This document shows positions 17,532 to 26,025 of a stretch of DNA of 58,397 bases, one piece after another. A program made the position numbers and the translations under genes. The DNA is taken from the NCBI GenBank assembly GCA_965368975.1, contig CBDUPA010000030.1:1-58397 (forward strand), given 5' to 3'. Positions within the stretch are counted from its first letter, which is position 1; every line of letters begins with the position of its first letter. This DNA comes from an uncultured bacterium. GTDB taxonomy: Bacteria > Acidobacteriota > Thermoanaerobaculia > Multivoradales > JAHZIX01. The notes below the pieces were generated by a model. That model was not told where the DNA came from. It searched no databases and saw nothing but the letters and a program-made list of their open reading frames with translations.

Positions 17532-17753
17532 ATGCTCCAAGCCCTTGCCTTGACGTTCCACCTCGCCCTGGCTCCGTTCACGACCGCAGCATGCCAAGAT
17601 TGCGGCCGCGTCATGATTCCCCCTTTCGACCCTATCGATGCCAGCACCCTGTGTGGCATCTGTATCTACGACTTCGGCAATGCCGTCGAGTGCTTCGAAC
17701 TGGACAACTGCGAAGGCTGCGGCGCCTTCAACCCCGGCGAGTGCACCGCCTAA
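17532..17753 (+). CDS. Small exported Cys-rich peptide (73 aa, 8 Cys)
   Basis: GGAGG RBS at 17522-17526 inside the end of the upstream gene; MLQALALTFHLALAPFTTAA-CQDC...LCGIC...ECF...NCEGC...ECTA; the ORF track over-extends it to 17337. Confidence 0.8.
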   Translation: MLQALALTFHLALAPFTTAACQDCGRVMIPPFDPIDASTLCGICIYDFGNAVECFELDNCEGCGAFNPGECTA

Positions 17754-17816
17754 CCTAGCGCTGGTATCGATAGTGGCAGCCCTTCGCAAGCTGTCTATCA
17801 CCTGATCATCCATGCC

Positions 17817-17856
17817 GTACCCGGGGCGCACCTCACAACTGCACCCCGGGTGCTTT
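17817..17856 (+). terminator. Terminator/stabilising hairpin after the Cys-rich peptide
   Basis: gtacccggggcgca-9nt-tgcaccccgggtgc followed by ttt; second hairpin gatag-tg-gcagc/gctgt-ctatc at 17769-17799. Confidence 0.55.
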
Positions 17857-17894
17857 CATGTGTGTCGTGTTCTGCAACTTTGAGAGACTCTCCT

Positions 17895-20800
17895 ATGCCC
17901 TGGAAGCAACGTGCTCTTGAACTCACATTCCTCATTCTCTTTTTTCTATCCTTCTCTCATATTCACAACACTACTACCTCAAGCCCGCTCTCGCTGCTTG
18001 TACTTTCGGTTCCGGAATCTCTCTCCCTAACTGAACTTCAACCCGGAGTGGAGATAATTGGCTGGCGCTTCAACAACACCGACACGTTCCTTGTCAGTCC
18101 CTTTGACTGGTATCTCTACCTTGATGAATGGGCTCCCCGGGGTGCACAAGTACTGGTTCTTCCAACTAAGGACCGTAGGACGCCTCTCCCTATCGACTTA
18201 CCCCATGCGGTCCGCTTATCTCTAGAACCGGTACCTCGCTTTGGCAACAGCCCCAAACTCAGCCCCTCAAGCATCCTTGACTTCCTAGCAAGCGAGAGCA
18301 CGGACTGTAATTCTATTAGTCCGATTCTCGCCGACCTCTCTAGATTTCCTCGCCGTAGTGACTCATTCGCTTTTCTCCTACTGCAAGCTGCCCTGAGAGC
18401 ATGGAAGCTAGAATGCACCGCAGCAGTAGAAAACCTCGTCAGGCTCGCAAGCTCTAACGCGATCACACCACATGCCAGACAATACTTGAAGCTGACGCTT
18501 GGTCGCTTGTATATCGCCCAGTATAAGACCGCCGAAGCCCGAGACATCTTCGAACAGGCTCTCAGCGATGCGAGCAACACAAGCCTAGCGACAGCTCGCC
18601 TGAACTACTATCTCGCCGATCTTGCCTGGTTAGCAGAGGATCTACCTGCCGCCGAGTCCTACGCTCATGTTGCATACAGCCAAGTATCGGCGATAGCACC
18701 AACCTCATCTTTCTTAGGTGACGTCGTCTTCTTGCAGGGCAATCTCGCGCTCGCCCAGCATAACCTCGTCACAGCGCAGGACCTATACCAAAGCGCCTTG
18801 CTACTCCATGATCACTCTCAAGCACCTTGCAAGACACGAGTTGACATCCTGACAAACCTCGCTATTAGCTATAGCAATCAGAGTGACAATTCCAATGCCA
18901 CAGCTACCTACGAAAGCGCACTCAGGATCGCACAGTCGATTGGAACCCGTGCGTCCACACAAGCACGTATTGCTCACAATTACGCGGTCACCTCAGCTAC
19001 TTCGGGCGATCTACATGCAGCACAGGAAAAGTATTCACTTGCAATCAGGTTAACTCCCACGTCATCAGTAGACGCTAAAATACATCTCCTCAGAACCCTG
19101 ATCGGCTCAATTTCCGTCGAGGTAGCTCTCGGCAATTTGCAGACTGCTCAGCAGCAACTCACACAAGCAAGAGAGATCGCGAACGAGGCCACCATACCAA
19201 CGTTACTCTTAGCGCACCTGTCCTCGGCAACTGCGCGATTTGCCGCAGAGACCGGCGAGTTCAACAAAGCCTTGGGGCCTTCAGGGGATGCGCTAGAAAC
19301 TTTTCTTGCATATGAAGAATGGACGGGTGTGATTCAGGCAATCAACATTGCTCTCCCTAGCACACTCGCCACCGGAGATCGGGACAGAGCGACAGACTTC
19401 GCCGAGCTCCTGCAAACGCTTCTTCGAGAGCAAGATCTACGCCCCTCTCTGAGAGGACTTGCTCTCCGAAACCTAGGAGACTACGAAGCCAGATGGGGAA
19501 ACTACCTAGACGCAGAGCGTTTCTACACCGAGGCACTCGACCAATTCGAGGGAACTCCAGGTAGCTCTCTCAACTCAGCAGCGGTACTAAATAATCTTGG
19601 TTTAATGCTCACTGAGCTTGGTCGGCCTCAAGAGTCCCTTGTACCGTTAATAAGAGCGCTTAGACTCACGAAACAAAGCTCCCCCGAGGGCCTATTAGCT
19701 ACTGGAATTCTCAATCATCTTGGCAATAGTCTACGCGAACTTGGACGACTTGCTGAAGCCGAAGCGATGTACCAGCAAGCAGCATTTATCCGCTATCGAA
19801 AGACCCCAAACAGTCCACTTCTCGCATCTCTTCTAAACAATATCGCTTTACTCCATGAGTTCCGTGGCGACTACGCAATGGCCCTTCGCTATCACAACCA
19901 AGCCCTCAACATTCGCAACACCCATGATAACCCCATTGATATCGCAACCAGCATGGCCAATCTTGGGATTACCTACTATTCACTTGGTGATTATCCTAAG
20001 GCAGAGCTACTCCTGACACAGGCAGTAGAGATATTCAAGAATGCCAACGCTCCCCCTCCCTTTATCGCCACAACCCAATCAGCATTGGGCCTTGTGCAGG
20101 AAAAACTTGGTTCAACCGAAGCGGCCATCGCAACATTACAAGAGAGTCTCAATCTCATTGAGTCAAGAGAGTATGGGTTGTTCAGCAGAGTGGAACAAAC
20201 ACTCCAACTCGGAGTCTTGTCTCTTATGAAAGGCCATCTCGGCCACGCGGACAAGTTCCTCTCAGATGCCCTGGCCTATTGTGAGCAAGAGAAGGCAGGA
20301 AGTGCAGTCCGAGTATCAATCTTAGCGAACCTTGCGGAGCTTCGATTTCTTCAGAATAGAAAGCCTGAGTTTCTGGCCCTGGCTCATCTATTACTTAGCG
20401 CGATTTCTCAGGACTCATTTAGCTCTTCTCCTGCCTTTAGTCAGAACTCCCCCCCTTGGGTCAGAGGCGAAGATCTCAGGCAACTAGCACACCGCGTCCT
20501 TGGTACCGGGGACTTCAAACTCGGCTTTAGGATCATTGAAACTCTTAAATCCAATCGCTTCCTTCATCGCCTCAGTCGTCGACTGGAGCGTGGTCCTTCT
20601 GACAGATTGACTCAAGGCCATAAACACTTGAGAAGCTTACAGGATCGCCTTCTCTTGATGGAATCGTCAGCCACCGAAGATCACGCTTTGATACTTGAGA
20701 GCGCTCAAGAAGCCTTACAGATGGAACTACTATCTTCCGACACGAATGTCAGCCACACAAGACTAGTGAGGGAAGAAACTACACTTGATTCAGAATCACT

Positions 20801-21938
20801 ATTGGAGAACTTACAAGCAGCACTGGAACCAGATGAACTCTTTCTTAGCTACAGCGTGTCGAATGAGTCCATTCTGGTACTTTCGATCTCGGCGCATGAA
20901 TATCAACATCGCGTGCTTTCAGTTAGTACCGGAGATCTCCAACAGCTCCTTGATACTTACCTTCAATCAATAATGAGAGCAAGGACACGCCAAGAACTAG
21001 ACTCTCTATACAGAAACCGTAGCCAGAGACTGGTCAACAGTCTATTCAAACCAATTATAGATCCACTGCAGCAGGCCAAGAAAATCATCATAGCTCCTGA
21101 TGATTTCTTATACAGAATTCCTTTCGCCGCTCTAGTCAACCCGCTGGAGCAACGCAGATCAGACGGCGCTTTAGTTCTCGATGATTGGTCCATCATAATC
21201 AGTCCTTCCGCTACTTTCTACACTGAGAAAACAATCTTACGATCGAGTCAGCACTCGCATCAGGATACTGTAGATCTCGTCTTGATTGGTGCCCCATCTC
21301 CACCGGAAGGCTCAACAGAGATCGCACACACCGGCGAGCCCCATCCTACTTACTCTAGGCTTCCACACGCTCGACGTGAGGTCTTAACAATTTTCGATCT
21401 CTACAGGAACGACAGTACAGTGGAACTTTTCGTGGGGCCCGAAGCATCCGAGTCGTATATGAAGGATCTACCTCATCACATCACAACCCTGCATGTTGCA
21501 AGCCATATGACGGCAGACTCCAACAGCCCCTACAAATCGGCTCTCGTCTTGAGCGAAAGTTTCGCTTCCGACTCGGACCTTCCAGAGAATGGCTACTTAC
21601 AAGCATGGGAAATATATGACCATTTCGAACCGCACGCGGAGCTAGTTGTCCTTTCTGGCTGCTCATCAAGCATAGGACCAGACTATGATGGTGAAGGGCC
21701 ACTCAGCTTAACCAAAGCCTTCCTATACACCGGCGCAAGCTCAGTCATAGCAAGTCTATGGAACGTCGAAGACCACTCTACGGCTGAGCTAATGATCGCC
21801 TTTCATCGCTCCCTTAGAAGCGGATATAGTTCAGGAGAGGCTCTGAGAATGGCGCAGCTCCAGATTCGAGATAGTTCACACACCAACTTGGCGCCTTACT
21901 ATTGGGCATCATTTCAGATTTATGGCGTTGGGAAATAA
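17895..21938 (+). CDS. TPR + CHAT (caspase-like, clan CD) protease with N-terminal hydrophobic segment
   Basis: Many TPRs (LNNLG, LNHLGN, LNNIA, MANLG); CHAT motifs IIAPDDFLYRIPFAAL, LHVASH, LVVLSGCSS, AFLYTGASSVIASLWNVED, PYYWASF; visibly lower GC. Confidence 0.92.
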   Translation: MPWKQRALELTFLILFFLSFSHIHNTTTSSPLSLLVLSVPESLSLTELQPGVEIIGWRFNNTDTFLVSPFDWYLYLDEWAPRGAQVLVLPTKDRRTPLPIDLPHAVRLSLEPVPRFGNSPKLSPSSILDFLASESTDCNSISPILADLSRFPRRSDSFAFLLLQAALRAWKLECTAAVENLVRLASSNAITPHARQYLKLTLGRLYIAQYKTAEARDIFEQALSDASNTSLATARLNYYLADLAWLAEDLPAAESYAHVAYSQVSAIAPTSSFLGDVVFLQGNLALAQHNLVTAQDLYQSALLLHDHSQAPCKTRVDILTNLAISYSNQSDNSNATATYESALRIAQSIGTRASTQARIAHNYAVTSATSGDLHAAQEKYSLAIRLTPTSSVDAKIHLLRTLIGSISVEVALGNLQTAQQQLTQAREIANEATIPTLLLAHLSSATARFAAETGEFNKALGPSGDALETFLAYEEWTGVIQAINIALPSTLATGDRDRATDFAELLQTLLREQDLRPSLRGLALRNLGDYEARWGNYLDAERFYTEALDQFEGTPGSSLNSAAVLNNLGLMLTELGRPQESLVPLIRALRLTKQSSPEGLLATGILNHLGNSLRELGRLAEAEAMYQQAAFIRYRKTPNSPLLASLLNNIALLHEFRGDYAMALRYHNQALNIRNTHDNPIDIATSMANLGITYYSLGDYPKAELLLTQAVEIFKNANAPPPFIATTQSALGLVQEKLGSTEAAIATLQESLNLIESREYGLFSRVEQTLQLGVLSLMKGHLGHADKFLSDALAYCEQEKAGSAVRVSILANLAELRFLQNRKPEFLALAHLLLSAISQDSFSSSPAFSQNSPPWVRGEDLRQLAHRVLGTGDFKLGFRIIETLKSNRFLHRLSRRLERGPSDRLTQGHKHLRSLQDRLLLMESSATEDHALILESAQEALQMELLSSDTNVSHTRLVREETTLDSESLLENLQAALEPDELFLSYSVSNESILVLSISAHEYQHRVLSVSTGDLQQLLDTYLQSIMRARTRQELDSLYRNRSQRLVNSLFKPIIDPLQQAKKIIIAPDDFLYRIPFAALVNPLEQRRSDGALVLDDWSIIISPSATFYTEKTILRSSQHSHQDTVDLVLIGAPSPPEGSTEIAHTGEPHPTYSRLPHARREVLTIFDLYRNDSTVELFVGPEASESYMKDLPHHITTLHVASHMTADSNSPYKSALVLSESFASDSDLPENGYLQAWEIYDHFEPHAELVVLSGCSSSIGPDYDGEGPLSLTKAFLYTGASSVIASLWNVEDHSTAELMIAFHRSLRSGYSSGEALRMAQLQIRDSSHTNLAPYYWASFQIYGVGK

Positions 21939-22055
21939 CTTCCGCCAGCCATAGAGGACTACAGAATCGTGTCTGCCAACTCATGCAGTAGCGTCCCGAC
22001 ATTAAGGCCGGAGACCCATGCCCGTTTTCTAAACTAGAGGCTCAGAAGCACGAAC

Positions 22056-23648
22056 TCACCGTAGCCAGTCGAAGTACTTCGCCAGCCACGCCTTCTTCGA
22101 CGGCGTCAGCTTCTGGCGGAACCAGGTATCACCGGCACGCTTCACCACCTCGGCCTGCGTCGGGTACGGGTGAATCGTGCCGGCGATCGCTGCCAGGCCG
22201 ACCCGGTTCCGAATGGCCAGTGTCAGTTCGCTGATCACATCACCAGCGTGCTCGCCAACCATGGTAGCGCCCAGGATCTCGTCCTTGCCCCTCCGGTAGT
22301 GAACGCGCAGGAAACCCTCAGTCAAACCGTCCAGGATGGCACGGTCGTTGTCCTCGAGATCTATGGTGAGCGTCCCGACAGCATACCCTTGCTCCTCAGC
22401 TTGCGCGAGTGAAAGCCCCGTGTGGGCCACTTCCGGCGACGTGTAGGTGCACCAGGGCATGACCAAGTCACTGACTCTTGCGCGACCGAAGGGAAAGAGC
22501 GCATTGCGGATCACGATTCGCGCCATGGCATCGGCTGCGTGGGTGAACTGATAGCCACCGGCCACATCGCCCGCCGCGAAGATCCTGCTGTTCGTCGAAC
22601 GCAGATGATCGTCGACCTCGACACCACGGCGCCCGACTGAGACGCCGGCGGCCTCCAAGCCCAGTCCGTCGACGTTCGGACGGCGCCCCGCGGCCACTAG
22701 AATGCGTGTACCGAGCACACTGGCCGACTCGGCCCTGCCCTGTGCGACGGCGGTCCGCCCGTTGCCCGAGCCACGGCTTCGGTAATGGACCCGAAAGCCG
22801 TCGGCCTCAGCCTCGACACGGTACGCCTCCACCGAGGTCTCGACGCACACACCATCGCGCACCAGAGCCCTTTGGGCCAGCGCCGAGGCGTCGGCATCGT
22901 CGCGAGGTAGCAGGCGCTCACCGCGCTGCAGCAGCGTCACGTCGCAGCCGAAGCGGGCGAAGCTCTGCGCCAGCTCGCAACCGATGGGACCACCGCCGAG
23001 GATCACCAGCGATGCCGGCAGCCGCGTCAACGAGAAGACCGTCTCGTTGGTCAGAGGCTGCGCCTCGGCCAGCCCGTCGATCGGCGGCAAGGCGGCACGC
23101 CCCCCGGTAGCCACCACCGCACGCCGGAAGTGCAGTCGCTGACCATCGACATCCACGGCATCCTCGGCCACGAAGCGACCTTCGCCGAGAAAGACGTCGA
23201 CCCCGAGGTCGCGAAACCGGGCCGCACCGTCGACCGGACTGATGTCGGCCCGCAGCCGGCGCATGCGCTCCATGACCGCCGCGAAGTCCCCGCCACTGCC
23301 GGCGACCGGAGCTCCGAAGGCTGCACCGTTGCGCGCCGCATGCCAGGCCCGGGCGGCGCGGATGATCCCCTTCGACGGCACACACCCAACATTGAGGCAA
23401 TCACCCCCCATCAGGTGCCGCTCGACCAACGCCACGCGGGCCCCCAGCCCCGCGGCGCCCGCCGCGCAGATCAGACCCGCCGTGCCGGCACCGACCACCA
23501 CCAGGTGATAGCGCGGTGCCGGTTTCGGGTTCTGCCAATCCGGCGGATGTACGTGACCCAGCAGCCGTCGGTTGTGCTCGTCATCCGGTGGCAACTGACC
23601 CCAGGTCACCTCACCGCCCGCCGCTCGTTCCGCTCGCTGCTCAGACAT
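22056..23648 (-). CDS. Pyridine nucleotide-disulfide oxidoreductase (mercuric reductase/dihydrolipoamide dehydrogenase-like)
   Basis: VVGAGTAG, GGDCLNVGCVPSK, LGGGPIGCE, FAAGD, IHPYPTQAE. Confidence 0.93.
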   Translation of the reverse strand: MSEQRAERAAGGEVTWGQLPPDDEHNRRLLGHVHPPDWQNPKPAPRYHLVVVGAGTAGLICAAGAAGLGARVALVERHLMGGDCLNVGCVPSKGIIRAARAWHAARNGAAFGAPVAGSGGDFAAVMERMRRLRADISPVDGAARFRDLGVDVFLGEGRFVAEDAVDVDGQRLHFRRAVVATGGRAALPPIDGLAEAQPLTNETVFSLTRLPASLVILGGGPIGCELAQSFARFGCDVTLLQRGERLLPRDDADASALAQRALVRDGVCVETSVEAYRVEAEADGFRVHYRSRGSGNGRTAVAQGRAESASVLGTRILVAAGRRPNVDGLGLEAAGVSVGRRGVEVDDHLRSTNSRIFAAGDVAGGYQFTHAADAMARIVIRNALFPFGRARVSDLVMPWCTYTSPEVAHTGLSLAQAEEQGYAVGTLTIDLEDNDRAILDGLTEGFLRVHYRRGKDEILGATMVGEHAGDVISELTLAIRNRVGLAAIAGTIHPYPTQAEVVKRAGDTWFRQKLTPSKKAWLAKYFDWLR

Positions 23649-24375
23649 CCGCCGCCTCCTCCAGCGCCCGCCGCGCGCGTCGCGTGACGAAGACCGTCAC
23701 GATCACCGTTGCCAGCAAGCCGGCACCAACAAAGACCCAGAACTCGGCGCCGCGCGCGGAACCGTCATCGCTCACCGCCTGCGCCAGACTGCCGGCGGTG
23801 AAACCGTAGTAAACGTAGAGAAAAGTCCCCGGCAGCATACCCAGACACGCCGCCACGTAGTGCCCCAGCCGCACCCGCGTCAAGCCCAGCGCGTAGTTGA
23901 GCAAGTTGAACGGAAACACGGGCGACAATCGCAACAGCGTCACGACCTTCAAGCCATCCTTGCCCACCGCGCGGTCGATCGCCTCGAACCTCTGATGGCC
24001 TCGAATACGCTTCTCGACCCAGTCGCGCGCACCGTAGCGACTGACCAGGAAGGCTAGCGTCGCACCCAGCGTCGCTCCAATAAAGACGAAGCCCGTGCCC
24101 TGCCACAAACCAAAAATGGCCCCCGCCGCCAAGGTCAGTACCGAGCCCGGTACAAAGGCGACCGTCGCCACGGCGTAGCCAACGATGAAGGCCACCGGCC
24201 CCCAGAATCCCAAGCTCTTGACCCACTCGGCGAACTGCGGCAGATAGCCAGCTGCTTGTTTGCCCAACGTCAAGACTACGGCGACAACTACGACCATGCC
24301 GACCAGCAGACCGATAGTCTTTCCGTGGCCTCGGGTCTCCCGCTGTTCCTCAGAAGCTCCTCCGGCATCGCTCAT
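23641..24375 (-). CDS. TVP38/TMEM64 (DedA/SNARE-associated) membrane protein
   Basis: VPGSVLTLAAGAIFG, LLRLSPVFPFNLLNYALGLT, GMLPGT; overlaps the oxidoreductase start. Confidence 0.92.
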   Translation of the reverse strand: MSDAGGASEEQRETRGHGKTIGLLVGMVVVVAVVLTLGKQAAGYLPQFAEWVKSLGFWGPVAFIVGYAVATVAFVPGSVLTLAAGAIFGLWQGTGFVFIGATLGATLAFLVSRYGARDWVEKRIRGHQRFEAIDRAVGKDGLKVVTLLRLSPVFPFNLLNYALGLTRVRLGHYVAACLGMLPGTFLYVYYGFTAGSLAQAVSDDGSARGAEFWVFVGAGLLATVIVTVFVTRRARRALEEAADV

Positions 24376-24557
24376 GGCAGTCCTTTCTCGAACTCGGCAT
24401 TCGTCTCGCGCGCGCTCCATGGCAGGTCTTGCCCACCTCGATGGACTTTACGCGGGCCGTGGCGGTTCGGCTCTCTCCCCCTAGCAACACCAGCATCGCC
24501 ACCTATGCCTCGACACCAGTAGTGACATTCCAATTCAGCCTCATTGACCAAGAAACC

Positions 24558-24586
24558 TTGACACATCGATCCACAGGACGCACAAT
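24558..24586 (+). promoter_or_regulatory. Putative sigma70 promoter of glnA
   Basis: TTGACA-17bp-CACAAT; a second TTGACA lies at 24595. Confidence 0.45.
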
Positions 24587-24676
24587 CCGCCTTATTGACA
24601 CGAAAAACGCGCACACCATGCATTTTTCCGATATCACCCCTCAGCACCGCGATCCGCCACTCCCAAGGAGACCGTC

Positions 24677-26005
24677 ATGACTCGCCAAGACATTCTCAGC
24701 GCTGCCGACGAGCACAACGTCCGTTTCCTGCGCCTCCAATTCACCGACATCATGGGCATCATCAAGAACGTCGAGCTGCCGCGCAGCCAGTTCGAGAAGG
24801 CCCTGGACGGACAGATCCTGTTCGACGGCTCGTCGATCCAAGGCTTCACCCGCATCGAAGAGTCGGACATGCTGCTCGTGCCCGACTACAACACCTTCAA
24901 GATCAACCCCTGGTCCAACGACGACGGCTCCAAGGTCGCGCGCATGATCTGCGACGTCTACCTGCCGGACGGCACCCCCTTTGCCGGCTGCCCGCGTTTG
25001 ACGCTCAAGCGGCAGGTCGAGCGCGCGGCCAAACTCGGATACACCATGGTAGCCGGTCCCGAGGCCGAGTTCTTCCTCTTCCAGAAGGACGCGCAGGGTG
25101 AGGTGATCCTCGAAACCCACGACGTCGGCGGCTACTTCGACCTCACCCCGGTCGACCGAGGTGAGGAGTGCCGGCGCGACATCGTCATAGTGCTCGAATC
25201 GATCGGCTTCGAAGTCGAGGCGGCACACCACGAGGTGGCTCCCGGCCAGCACGAGATCGACTTCAAGTACGCCGATGCCGTCCACACCGCGGACAACGTC
25301 ATCACCTTCCGCTGGGTGGTCAAGAAGGTCGCGCTCGATCACGGTCTGCACGCCAGCTTCATGCCCAAGCCGATCTTCGGCGTCAACGGCTCCGGCATGC
25401 ACGTCCACCAGAGCCTGCTGACCACCAAGGGTGAGAACGCCTTCTACGGTGAGAACGACAAGTACCAGCTGTCCGACGTGGCGCTCAACTACATGGGTGG
25501 CATCCTCAAGCACGCCGGTGCCTTCGTCGCCATCACCAACCCGCTGGTCAACTCCTTCAAGCGTCTGGTGCCCGGCTTCGAGGCACCGATCAACATTGCC
25601 TGGTCGGAAAAGAACCGCAGCCCGTTGGTACGCGTCCCCGCCCGCCGTGGCATGTCCACCCGCTGCGAGGTGCGCATCCCCGACCCGGCCTGCAACCCCT
25701 ACCTCGCCCTCGCCACCATGCTGGCCGCCGGTCTCGATGGCGTCGAGAACAAGATTGATGCCGGTGCCCCGGTCAACAAGAACATCTTCACTATGAGCCA
25801 GCGCGAGAAGCGCCGCCTGAAGATCGGCCAGCTGCCGGCAGACCTGAGTGAGGCGCTGGATGTCCTGGAGAAGAACAAGGTGATGCGCGACGCTCTTGGC
25901 GAGCACATCTTCGAGAACTACCTGGCCGCCAAGCGCCAGGAGTGGGCGGACTACATCTCGCACGTCCACCCGTGGGAGCAGGAGCGCTATCTGCGCGAGT
26001 ATTGA
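24677..26005 (+). CDS. glnA: Glutamine synthetase type I
   Basis: [52 protein letters not shown]; AAGGAG RBS. Confidence 0.97.
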   Translation: MTRQDILSAADEHNVRFLRLQFTDIMGIIKNVELPRSQFEKALDGQILFDGSSIQGFTRIEESDMLLVPDYNTFKINPWSNDDGSKVARMICDVYLPDGTPFAGCPRLTLKRQVERAAKLGYTMVAGPEAEFFLFQKDAQGEVILETHDVGGYFDLTPVDRGEECRRDIVIVLESIGFEVEAAHHEVAPGQHEIDFKYADAVHTADNVITFRWVVKKVALDHGLHASFMPKPIFGVNGSGMHVHQSLLTTKGENAFYGENDKYQLSDVALNYMGGILKHAGAFVAITNPLVNSFKRLVPGFEAPINIAWSEKNRSPLVRVPARRGMSTRCEVRIPDPACNPYLALATMLAAGLDGVENKIDAGAPVNKNIFTMSQREKRRLKIGQLPADLSEALDVLEKNKVMRDALGEHIFENYLAAKRQEWADYISHVHPWEQERYLREY

Positions 26006-26025
26006 TCGCGCTCAGACATGCGGCC

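Noticed and set aside
17532-17753. Ranthipeptide/lanthipeptide precursor or ferredoxin
   Set aside because: No radical SAM or Lan enzymes nearby, the leader is signal-like, and there is no CxxCxxCxxxCP motif.
17895-21938. Type III-E CRISPR or gasdermin-linked defence protease
   Set aside because: No cas, gasdermin, or adjacent sigma/anti-sigma genes; neighbours are exported proteins.
22056-23648. merA mercury resistance gene
   Set aside because: No C-terminal Cys-Cys pair, no N-terminal metal-binding domain and no mer operon; pairing with a TVP38 gene is a common arrangement.
24601-24630. NtrC or GlnR operator upstream of glnA
   Set aside because: Only a loose gaaaaa...tttttc dyad; no convincing consensus or sigma54 promoter.
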